DNA of 57,092 nt from Dehalococcoidales bacterium (lineage in GTDB: Bacteria; Chloroflexota; Dehalococcoidia; Dehalococcoidales; CSSed11-197): the NCBI GenBank assembly GCA_028717385.1, contig JAQUNW010000005.1:1-57092 (forward strand). Reading direction: 5' to 3'. Below, piece after piece: positions 9,619 to 17,693 of this stretch. Position numbers and translations under genes: made by a program. Below the pieces are notes generated by a model. That model made no database searches. It saw only the letters and a program-made list of their open reading frames with translations, and was not told where the DNA came from. Within the stretch, counting starts at the first letter, position 1. The number at the start of each line of letters is the position of its first letter.

Positions 9619-10055
9619 TACCCCGTAGTCCTCAATAGCAGGTCCAGCCATTTGATGGTAACGATATTAAAGTAAACTATCCCAAGGTAGAAACCCGCTA
9701 AATAAAGCAGGGCGGATTGTCTGCCTTCGGCCGCCATGACGTGTTGTCTGAAAGGGCAACCTTCAGCAAAAACTGAGAAAAAGCCCATTCCCAATGAGCC
9801 GATTATACCGGCGATCAGGATTCCGGGGGAAGTAAAATCAAAACCAAGGGGGAAATTGGTAATCTCTCCCCCTATAAAATAGAAGAAAGTATATCCAACT
9901 GCGCCGCCGGCAATTAAACCGATTAATCCCTTTAAGCGGTAAGAGTCTTTTAGCATAATGAAATCTCGGATTCCGCTAATCGTACAGAATTTTGAACGTT
10001 GCCCAAGATAACCAATAACTATACCAAGTACCAGAGTTGCAATAGAAGCGATCAT
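9618..10055 (-). CDS. YeeE/YedE family (sulfur/selenium transport domain) membrane protein, C-terminal half
   Basis: Polytopic 145-aa protein with SKFCTISGIRD and AEGCPFRQH motifs. It overlaps the preceding half by 4 nt. Confidence 0.75.
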   Translation of the reverse strand: MIASIATLVLGIVIGYLGQRSKFCTISGIRDFIMLKDSYRLKGLIGLIAGGAVGYTFFYFIGGEITNFPLGFDFTSPGILIAGIIGSLGMGFFSVFAEGCPFRQHVMAAEGRQSALLYLAGFYLGIVYFNIVTIKWLDLLLRTTG

Positions 10056-10546
10056 TGAGGGACTCCTTTCTTGGCTTTAAAGCGAATATAGATAATTGCC
10101 AGCACTACCCCGATCGCAATAGAGGCAAGAGCTATCAGTGCGGTTCCTGAACCGTAGGATACAAGTAAGGCAGTTCTGATTGGGCAGGACCCCCATAACA
10201 AGCCCAAATTAGCAACCAGAAAGCCAAAAATAATGGCAAGAAACCTTTTTCTCACCGGGCCCGGCTGGAATGCGAATTCTTTCTTGCGTCTGGCTGCTAT
10301 AAAGGAGCCAATAAAAACGCCTGCCACAGTGAGCACTGGATATACGATAAAAGCATCTCTTATTGGCCAGTTGGTGCCAATCACTCGGTTAGTAAGCCAA
10401 GCAAAAAGGTCGTTGGGATGGCCGATAAAACTGATACCATATGCCTCGGGTGGTTGTACCTTGAAATAGGCCTGTACCAGGGCAGCCCCGAGTCCCATGA
10501 TAACGCCGATTATAAATACTCTGTAAGAGCTTATTTTCAACTTCAT
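10052..10546 (-). CDS. YeeE/YedE family membrane protein, N-terminal half
   Basis: Polytopic 164-aa protein with the WGSCPIRT motif. Together with 9618..10055 it makes a split transporter. Confidence 0.75.
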   Translation of the reverse strand: MKLKISSYRVFIIGVIMGLGAALVQAYFKVQPPEAYGISFIGHPNDLFAWLTNRVIGTNWPIRDAFIVYPVLTVAGVFIGSFIAARRKKEFAFQPGPVRKRFLAIIFGFLVANLGLLWGSCPIRTALLVSYGSGTALIALASIAIGVVLAIIYIRFKAKKGVPQ

Positions 10547-10547
10547 A

Positions 10548-11111
10548 TTAAACTAACCTCAGCCAGGTAGGGAAAGGAACTTTTGCCTTTTCCCCATGGA
10601 ATGGGCAAGGATAACTGGTGGCTAGTTTGGCATCGAGTTGATGAGAACGCCCACCAAAGAACTCCAGGGTTACCCCTTCGAAGTTTACCCGTTTTTCAAA
10701 TGTGAGGGTTGTCTTTGCTGGTACTTCTACAAACCATGGATAAGATAATAGAGTCTTGCCAGTTACCTCTACCCAAACTTCCTCGTCATCAACTTCGATT
10801 TGCATCATATATGATTCGTCAGGGTCATGAAAGGTGACTAATACTACTCCCCAGGATTCTGTATCCGTCCAATTCTCCAGGGTTAGTTTGACATCATAGG
10901 TGTACCTTTCAAAATCCCAACCGCAATCCATGCCAAGTTCATAATGAGAGACCATGTCGGATTCGAGAGATACTACTTCTATCCCGAGCACTCCTGTAAT
11001 CCGTCCAGCGCCGTCACATGCAGGGCAGGGGACCTCGACGAAGGTAACTGCGGTTAACAGAACTAACCCGATGATGAAGTAGGTGTAAGCGTTGAATAAT
11101 TTGTTTTTCAC
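10548..11111 (-). CDS. membrane-anchored hypothetical protein with split Zn-ribbon-like Cys motifs
   Basis: GTG start behind AAAGGAG. One N-terminal TM helix, then CPACDGAG (DnaJ-type CxxCxGxG) and a C-terminal CPFHG. Confidence 0.6.
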   Translation of the reverse strand: MKNKLFNAYTYFIIGLVLLTAVTFVEVPCPACDGAGRITGVLGIEVVSLESDMVSHYELGMDCGWDFERYTYDVKLTLENWTDTESWGVVLVTFHDPDESYMMQIEVDDEEVWVEVTGKTLLSYPWFVEVPAKTTLTFEKRVNFEGVTLEFFGGRSHQLDAKLATSYPCPFHGEKAKVPFPTWLRLV

Positions 11112-11132
11112 GATACGCTACACTCCTTTCGG

Positions 11133-11168
11133 GGCAGAGGCGAGGATCAAATGATACTCGCCTCTGCC
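11133..11168 (-). other. perfect 12-bp stem / 12-nt loop hairpin between the Mo-hydroxylase genes and the downstream operon
   Basis: GGCAGAGGCGAG-gatcaaatgata-CTCGCCTCTGCC. No U-tract follows on the minus strand, and the RBS of the next gene follows directly. Confidence 0.45.
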
Positions 11169-11211
11169 ATTCCATCTAACCTGATTATATATTGTTGTTA
11201 GTGTTTCGTCT

Positions 11212-12165
11212 CTAGACTAGTGCAAGTAACGCTTTTTTCACCATTCCTTTGGTGATCTGGATCTTGTATTTGTTATGTGGTAGAGCGGTTGCGCCTTTGA
11301 CTGCTTCATCGCCGGCCGCAATGGCATTGGCTTCATTGATAGCCTTGCCTTTGATGAAATTTTCGGCATTGGTAGCACGCCAAGGTATAGGTGAAACACC
11401 GCCTAACACGATTTTAGCATCGCTAACATTTCCACCAGAAATAGTAGCAATGACAGCTACGCTGACCTCTGGGAAGTCGATAGCTTTCCGCCATGCCCAC
11501 TTCTTGTAGACTTGTTTGGTGCCTGCAGCTGGTGCGGGTACCTGTATTTCGGTAATAACTTCGTTGGTAGCCAGGGTATTAGCAAGTCCACCGTAAAGGT
11601 CAGCGATGGGAAATGAGCGTTGGTTGGTAACTATAGTTGCCCCTAAAGCTACCAATACCGGAGCGCAATCAGAAGGGCAGACTGCAAAACAGCCGCCTGC
11701 TCCCCACAAAGCGCTATGTTTTTTGTTGTTACCAGGAACCATATAGCACAGCAAGCCGCCTTTCCTGAGGCAATAAAACTCATTGTGCTCAGCTCTGTAG
11801 TACCAGCACCGTACTGCCTGACAAAGATTACCGGCAATGGTGCCCATATTTCTGAGCTGAGGAGTGCCTACTTTGTGTGCCGCTTCAGCCAACGCCGGAT
11901 ACTTTGAACTGACAATCGTCGACTCATATATTGCGGTGAGTCTGGTGAGGGCACCGATCTTGAGCGTTCCACTTTCTTCTTGTATGTACTCCAATCCCGG
12001 AATGGTCTTGATGTTTACCAGTTTGGTAGGAGGATTGGAATAGATCATGCCTTTCAGTGTGCATAAAATATCGGTTCCGCCGGCAATGATGGCTGAACCA
12101 GTGCCTAATGCCGAGACCGCTTCCTGGACTGACGTTGCATTGACATGCTGATTTATCTTATTCAT
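11212..12165 (-). CDS. molybdenum hydroxylase FAD-binding (medium) subunit, CoxM/XdhB-like
   Basis: 317 aa containing IAGGTDIL, NMGTIAGNL and the CO-dehydrogenase flavoprotein C-terminal region. Confidence 0.85.
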   Translation of the reverse strand: MNKINQHVNATSVQEAVSALGTGSAIIAGGTDILCTLKGMIYSNPPTKLVNIKTIPGLEYIQEESGTLKIGALTRLTAIYESTIVSSKYPALAEAAHKVGTPQLRNMGTIAGNLCQAVRCWYYRAEHNEFYCLRKGGLLCYMVPGNNKKHSALWGAGGCFAVCPSDCAPVLVALGATIVTNQRSFPIADLYGGLANTLATNEVITEIQVPAPAAGTKQVYKKWAWRKAIDFPEVSVAVIATISGGNVSDAKIVLGGVSPIPWRATNAENFIKGKAINEANAIAAGDEAVKGATALPHNKYKIQITKGMVKKALLALV

Positions 12166-12177
12166 TTCGTATTCTCC

Positions 12178-14451
12178 TTAAGCCTTTCCCAAGTGTTTCA
12201 GAATGCGGTCGGGACTCATCGGTCGAGTGAATTTAGAGAAATCGCCACCGATGGCATTGTGTATAGCCATCAACAAGGCTGCGAAGCCTGACCCATTGGC
12301 TGCCGGTTCACCCAGACCGCTCATACCGAAAGGACCGGTAGCATTGACGCTTTCGGTTAACCAGCCACCATGAACATCATCATTGATATCCATGGCAGTG
12401 TGAGCTTTCATATCTATATGGGTTTGGTCGAGCAGGGCACCTCTTTGAGGATCATGGTGAACATCCCAGAGAAGGCCTTTTCCACAGGCTGTCCATAGGC
12501 TCGAGCCGATCTGACCTCCGGCAGTAACCGGATCAATAACTCGGCCGCAATCAGTAGTATGGGCGTGCGCCAATATTTCTACATCCCCGGTATCGGGGTC
12601 AACCGCGACTTCAAAAGCACTGGCTACGCCCTGGCGATGGAAAGCAGGAGTACCGATCGGTTTGCCCTGGAATGGCCTTCTCAGTACTTCTGCGAAACTT
12701 TTTCCCACACCGATGATAGGTTTAGATATTCTGGCCATGACTTCAGCATGGGTGAGAGATTTGGACTGGTCGGTCTTAACAAAGATCTTGCCATCCCTGG
12801 CATGAAGGTCATCGACAGCAACGCCCAGTTGGTTGGCAGCATGAGCAAACAGCTGCTCGCGGATATCCAGAGCTGCCATCAGAGAGGCGGAGCCGTTACT
12901 GGAAGCACCCTGGCTACCAGCTTGCATGCCGCCATCTGGAGCCTGATCATTAGTACCGTAGGACGAACAGTAGACCGCTTCGAACGGAAGCCCAAGAGCT
13001 TCAGCAATGATATTAGCCTGAGTTACTGAGTTGGTACCGTTCTGGTTGTTACTCTGGCCGGTGACGAAGTTACAGGTGCCATCGGTGTTCATATAGATGA
13101 CCACTCCACGTCCAGCGCCCGAATGGCCATGCCGATCGTTGAAGCAGGCAATGCCTACACCGTGGAGCCGTCCGTCTGGTAGAGTTCTGGTACCGGGAGC
13201 ATGATATTTTTGTTCATAGTTTATCTTTTCGTTTACAGCTTCAAGGCACATGCGGGTAGAAGCGCAAGTCATTGGCCGGCCGTTATCTTGATTGAGCATA
13301 TCGTCGGTGATGGTGACCTTGCGCAGGTATTCCAGAGGGGTCATACCAATAGCATCAGCCATAGCGTTAAGTGCTACGCATAGAGTGAAAGCTGCTTCGG
13401 GGTGCATCAGGCAGCGATGTCCGGCTCCAAAGCCGGTATTAGTGGCTACGCCGTAAGTTTCCTGGGTAACGTTAGGTAGGATATAGCTGCAGTCAATATT
13501 TTCCCAACCATTACCGGCAGCAGCGTTGAAGCCGCCGTGGCAGTACCATTTTTGCTGCATAGCGGTCATCGTCCCATCCCTTTTACCGCCGAGCTTAGTG
13601 ATACCCTTCGGGGAATAGTGGTTGCGGCGTCGGATGGAGTGTAATCTTCTGGTACGCGAAATGGCTACTGGAACACCTGCTTTCTTGGAAAGCAGGGCAC
13701 ACAGAGAAGGTTCGCAGGTTTGCCCGCCACCGCCAAGGCCGCCGACACCGCTGGTTTGGCGGATATGGCAACGGCTCTGGTTAACTCCTAACTGAGAGGC
13801 GTATGTGCGGTTCTGGGCATGAGGATTCTGACCCTGGTCGTATCCGTATACATGCTCGCCTTCCCACCAGGCAACACCGGTAACCGGCTCAATAGTATTT
13901 TGAGTGTGAGGTCTGAGGAAGGGGGTTTCAACTTCAATGGTTACCTCGGCTTCTTCAAATCCTGCCTCTATATCACCACGAGAGTTACGTGCCGGGTTAG
14001 CCTGGACGTTGCTGTCAGGGAAAGTACCTGCCAGGGTAGAGCCGGGCTGCCAGGCTTCATCGGGATCGAGAACGAAAGGTAATTCCTCGTATTCAACTTC
14101 AATCAACTCAACTGCACGCTCGGCGATAAAGGGATCGGTAGCAGCGACTGCTGCAATTTCCCAGCCCCACACCAGCACTTCATCCGTCTTGTACTGGGGA
14201 TTTTCCTGCATTGTGATTACAGCTTTAACACCTTCTAGTTCTTCAGCCTTGGAGGTATTGATGCTTTTAACTTTGCAGTGGGCATGGGGGCAGCCAAGGA
14301 TGGCCGCAAAGAGTTTCTTGCCCGGGAAATAATCGTAAGGGAACATATACCTACCGGTTACAATTGAAGGTCCTTCATAAGCACGGTGAGGCTTGCCGAC
14401 TACGGCTAAATCCGTACCAAATTCAAAATCTATGGGTAATGATATCGCCAT
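12178..14451 (-). CDS. molybdopterin-binding (large) subunit of a xanthine dehydrogenase / aldehyde oxidase family enzyme
   Basis: 757 aa with the a/b-hammerhead N-terminal region and MoCo-binding domains (GPFGMSGLGEPAANGS near the C-terminus). Confidence 0.9.
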   Translation of the reverse strand: MAISLPIDFEFGTDLAVVGKPHRAYEGPSIVTGRYMFPYDYFPGKKLFAAILGCPHAHCKVKSINTSKAEELEGVKAVITMQENPQYKTDEVLVWGWEIAAVAATDPFIAERAVELIEVEYEELPFVLDPDEAWQPGSTLAGTFPDSNVQANPARNSRGDIEAGFEEAEVTIEVETPFLRPHTQNTIEPVTGVAWWEGEHVYGYDQGQNPHAQNRTYASQLGVNQSRCHIRQTSGVGGLGGGGQTCEPSLCALLSKKAGVPVAISRTRRLHSIRRRNHYSPKGITKLGGKRDGTMTAMQQKWYCHGGFNAAAGNGWENIDCSYILPNVTQETYGVATNTGFGAGHRCLMHPEAAFTLCVALNAMADAIGMTPLEYLRKVTITDDMLNQDNGRPMTCASTRMCLEAVNEKINYEQKYHAPGTRTLPDGRLHGVGIACFNDRHGHSGAGRGVVIYMNTDGTCNFVTGQSNNQNGTNSVTQANIIAEALGLPFEAVYCSSYGTNDQAPDGGMQAGSQGASSNGSASLMAALDIREQLFAHAANQLGVAVDDLHARDGKIFVKTDQSKSLTHAEVMARISKPIIGVGKSFAEVLRRPFQGKPIGTPAFHRQGVASAFEVAVDPDTGDVEILAHAHTTDCGRVIDPVTAGGQIGSSLWTACGKGLLWDVHHDPQRGALLDQTHIDMKAHTAMDINDDVHGGWLTESVNATGPFGMSGLGEPAANGSGFAALLMAIHNAIGGDFSKFTRPMSPDRILKHLGKA

Positions 14452-14453
14452 TG

Positions 14454-15281
14454 CTAGCTACCTCCAGCGACAATAGTGTCAATAATGCGAGTATAATCGA
14501 TGCAGAAGCATAAGTTCCCGGATAGGGCTTCCCTTGCTTGTGCACGAGTGGGTTTGGGGGTCTTTTTGTAAAGAGCAACTGTTGTCATGATATTGCCGGG
14601 GGTGCAGTAGCCGCACTGGAAGGTAGATCTTTCCAGGAACAGCTTCTGTACTGGGTGCATTTCCGCACCGTTGGCAAGACCTTCGATGGTTAATACTTCA
14701 TGACCTTCAGCTTCACAGGCCAGTACCATACAGGCATATACCGGGGTACCGTCCATATGAACAGTACAGCTTCCGCATTCTCCGCGATCACAGCCTATCT
14801 TAGTGCCGGTAAGCCCCAGTTTTTCCCTAAGGACGAATCCCAGCGACCAGTTAGGATCAACCACTATGGGGTAATCCTTGCCGTTGACTTTGAGGGTTAC
14901 CATACCTTCAATTGGTGCGATAGCCTCAAGGTGCTGGGCTTCGAGGTGGGCTTTAAGATCTGCCAGGGAAGAAAATTCCTGGTTATCGTAGGGGCAGAGA
15001 TACTTGGTAACCGGATCGCCTGCTTCGTGAGCTGAGTCAACATGAGATTGCAGCGCAGCAAACGTGTCAAACTCTATGCTGTCGTAGGGACAGACGAATT
15101 TGGCGACTGTGGTAGTTACTTTTACTGTATTGGTTGCCGTCTCGGTAGTGGTATCACCTTTGCAGGCTGCAAGCAGGGCAGACGAACCGATGGCGGTACC
15201 GCCAACGACAATGCCGGTGTTCTTGATAAACTGTCTTCTGGATATCGAGCTATCTTTGGTTAACTCGTCTTTTTCGGGCAT
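14454..15281 (-). CDS. (2Fe-2S)-binding small subunit of the Mo hydroxylase, with a Tat signal, lipobox and two zinc-finger-like repeats
   Basis: SRRQFIK twin-arginine motif, LLAAC lipobox, Thr-rich linker, two C-x2-D-x3-F-x5-L-x2-H-x4-H repeats, then the CDRGECGSCTV and CGYCTPG 2Fe-2S motifs. Confidence 0.85.
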   Translation of the reverse strand: MPEKDELTKDSSISRRQFIKNTGIVVGGTAIGSSALLAACKGDTTTETATNTVKVTTTVAKFVCPYDSIEFDTFAALQSHVDSAHEAGDPVTKYLCPYDNQEFSSLADLKAHLEAQHLEAIAPIEGMVTLKVNGKDYPIVVDPNWSLGFVLREKLGLTGTKIGCDRGECGSCTVHMDGTPVYACMVLACEAEGHEVLTIEGLANGAEMHPVQKLFLERSTFQCGYCTPGNIMTTVALYKKTPKPTRAQAREALSGNLCFCIDYTRIIDTIVAGGS

Positions 15282-15374
15282 TAGATATTAATCCTCCTTT
15301 ATTTGATTGTATGCCCATGAAATATGTTAAATGTTATGGTTGGCTCCACCTCCTTTTTTATCAGAATTCAGTCA

Positions 15375-15557
15375 CTACGGGCGTATATTGTATTTTTCCC
15401 AACAGTCCACCAGCTGGCAAATAAAACCGTCATAGCACTGTCCCGGTGCCCGACTTTTATCAAGCCGTTCCTTTGTGGTGGTTTTAAGCCCGATCGTTGT
15501 TCTTTCTCCTATATGTTTGTTGGATGCCTTGTTTTTTTCAGTAACAATGTTCATCAT
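15375..15557 (-). CDS. small ribbon-helix-helix-like protein (possible regulator)
   Basis: 60-aa ORF just upstream of the Mo-hydroxylase operon. ERTTIGLKTTTKERLDK resembles an RHH beta-strand/helix. The call is weak. Confidence 0.4.
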   Translation of the reverse strand: MMNIVTEKNKASNKHIGERTTIGLKTTTKERLDKSRAPGQCYDGFICQLVDCWEKYNIRP

Positions 15558-15864
15558 CTGCTACCTCGATTATTGGAATGATGCATATGCCTCCGTTTAC
15601 CAACTCAAACAATAAGCATCACCTCCCGAATAAAATATAAAAAGATTATGCAACCTATCGATTCAGTTGTTAATTTATGATTATGGCTGTATATTTATGA
15701 CATAATAAGACTATCGTATTATTATTAATAAGAACAATAAGGCATTATACTTATTTATTTTCTAATACGGATTAATACTTTTTGCTCTTTACCTATTGAA
15801 ATTGGATTCTATAAGTAGTACCATGGTGGTATATTTCGTGTTCTCGTATGTATCGGATGGAAAT

Positions 15865-16509
15865 ATGCGAGTATTGATAATAGACGGACACGATATCTTT
15901 CAGCAGGGGCTGGAAAAAATCCTGCAATGTGAGCCAGGCATTGAGGTGGTATCACACTGTGGTGCGTTGTGGGAAAAGGCAGTTATTGAAAACAAACCGG
16001 ATATTGTAATCATTGATATCTGCCTGGAACAAATTAACCCCTTTGAACTTATAAGACAGGTTCTGCAAAGTGAACCCAATATCAAGTTCGTTGTTCTTAC
16101 CTATTCCGAGTTGAGGAAAGATCTTATTTCATCGTTCGAAGCAGGGGTTAGCGCATATATCTCCAAGCATATCGATATAAAAAACCTTATACAGGTAATT
16201 AATCGCGTTTCCCGGGGGGAAGTAATCATTTACCATCCATCGAAAAAAGATTTCATCATCAAGATGCTTACTCGAGAAGAGCCTTTAAAAGGTGCACCCA
16301 GGGCAACAGCTTTAACCAGACAGGAACAAGTGGTTATGTCTCTGGTTGAAGAAGGTCGAACTAACCAGGAAATTGCTGATACTCTGGTGATTTCCCCGCA
16401 TACTGTCAAAGTTCACATGAGAAACATCATGGAAAAGCTACAAGCGCCCACCAGGCAGAGAGCAGCCTATCTCGCTCGTGAACAAGGCTTGATAGATAGT
16501 TCCAATTAA
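15865..16509 (+). CDS. NarL/FixJ (LuxR-type HTH) response regulator, orphan
   Basis: MRVLIIDGHD receiver start, DIVIIDICL phospho-acceptor region, and a C-terminal LuxR HTH (TNQEIADTLVISPHTVKVHMRNIMEKL). No kinase gene is adjacent. Confidence 0.85.
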   Translation: MRVLIIDGHDIFQQGLEKILQCEPGIEVVSHCGALWEKAVIENKPDIVIIDICLEQINPFELIRQVLQSEPNIKFVVLTYSELRKDLISSFEAGVSAYISKHIDIKNLIQVINRVSRGEVIIYHPSKKDFIIKMLTREEPLKGAPRATALTRQEQVVMSLVEEGRTNQEIADTLVISPHTVKVHMRNIMEKLQAPTRQRAAYLAREQGLIDSSN

Positions 16510-16581
16510 TTTTTACTACTGCTAGATTGCATTCAAACTGTTAACTGTGCGCTTAATTTCAGTGGAATAATTCTTAATAAT

Positions 16582-17685
16582 TTACCTTAGCATCGCGCTG
16601 TTGTTTAATACCTGGGTACCATATAGGAATAAAACATCAGAACCGGGTTTAAACTCAATGAATTCCCCAACCAGATCTGTGGTGATATAACGCAGGTCGA
16701 CCATGGTTATCTTTGAATAGCTCTCCAGCAGGAGGGGGGCGAGCGAACTGGCAAATGAATCGCGGAAAATTACCAGCTCCGCGGTGTTCTTAGCGTTTGG
16801 ATTATCGATGGTGATTAATGCTTTTGCACCTGAGAGAAACAAATCATAGGGATCGATACCGTTGAACTCTTCCGGAACGTATACATTACTATAGGTGCTT
16901 GTTTCATAATCAAAAACAATGGCATGTTCAATTGTTGGGCTGGTCAGGTAAACCAGCGTATCCGCAGTTATATTAAGAGCAGCATGACCGTAATATGAAC
17001 CATAAAAAGGGGAGAGCTCCAGCCGGGTATAATCTACTTCTGATGCAAGAACGCTACCCCCCATCGCTCTCAAGAGTTTATCTGCAACGTCGATAATCTT
17101 ATTCTGACTCCAGTGGATATCGGTTTTGTAGTAGTCCTCAAGAGACAGTTCGGTAAAAACATCGATGTATTCAATATTAGAAACATTTTGTATCAATAGC
17201 TCGATCATTCTTTGGTAATCAATCGAAGGGTAATCATTTTGTGGGCTAGTAAAATAGTTTTTATCTGGAATCACCGAATAAAAGACGTTCATGCCCTTCA
17301 GGTATTTTTGATAAACCTGGTTGAATTTTGCTGCTGCGTTGATGATGGACTTCTCCTTTAAAGGATATTCAATCTTGATGATGTGGCCATCCTTGATATA
17401 CATATTGTTATTGTCATTTTGATTCAGAAGAAATAACTTTACATAAGCTTTAAAGCTCCTGAATGTATCGCGAAGAATAAATTGGTCTAAAAAGTATTCT
17501 TCGAATTCTTCAAAAAAATCCCCGCTCCATAGTTTCTCCGGCGAAAATTGGGGTAGCTGGGTGAGCTTGCGACGTTCGGGATAGGAAAATTCATGGCTTG
17601 GAGTAGCGAGATTCGCCAGCATCAAGCCAGCGGAAAAAACTACAAAGCAGACTATTACCACTATATTTGCGTATTTTGTTTTCAT
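16582..17685 (-). CDS. DHHW-family (AlgX/AlgJ/DltD-like) extracytoplasmic protein
   Basis: N-terminal TM anchor, a TDIHWSQ (DHHW-type) motif, and a position next to an MBOAT gene. Confidence 0.75.
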   Translation of the reverse strand: MKTKYANIVVIVCFVVFSAGLMLANLATPSHEFSYPERRKLTQLPQFSPEKLWSGDFFEEFEEYFLDQFILRDTFRSFKAYVKLFLLNQNDNNNMYIKDGHIIKIEYPLKEKSIINAAAKFNQVYQKYLKGMNVFYSVIPDKNYFTSPQNDYPSIDYQRMIELLIQNVSNIEYIDVFTELSLEDYYKTDIHWSQNKIIDVADKLLRAMGGSVLASEVDYTRLELSPFYGSYYGHAALNITADTLVYLTSPTIEHAIVFDYETSTYSNVYVPEEFNGIDPYDLFLSGAKALITIDNPNAKNTAELVIFRDSFASSLAPLLLESYSKITMVDLRYITTDLVGEFIEFKPGSDVLFLYGTQVLNNSAMLR

Positions 17686-17693
17686 GTTAAATT

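Noticed and set aside
12559-14332. Several 87-156-aa plus-strand ORFs inside the Mo-subunit gene
   Set aside because: They are antisense shadow ORFs within a strongly supported 757-aa gene, with no motifs or RBSs.
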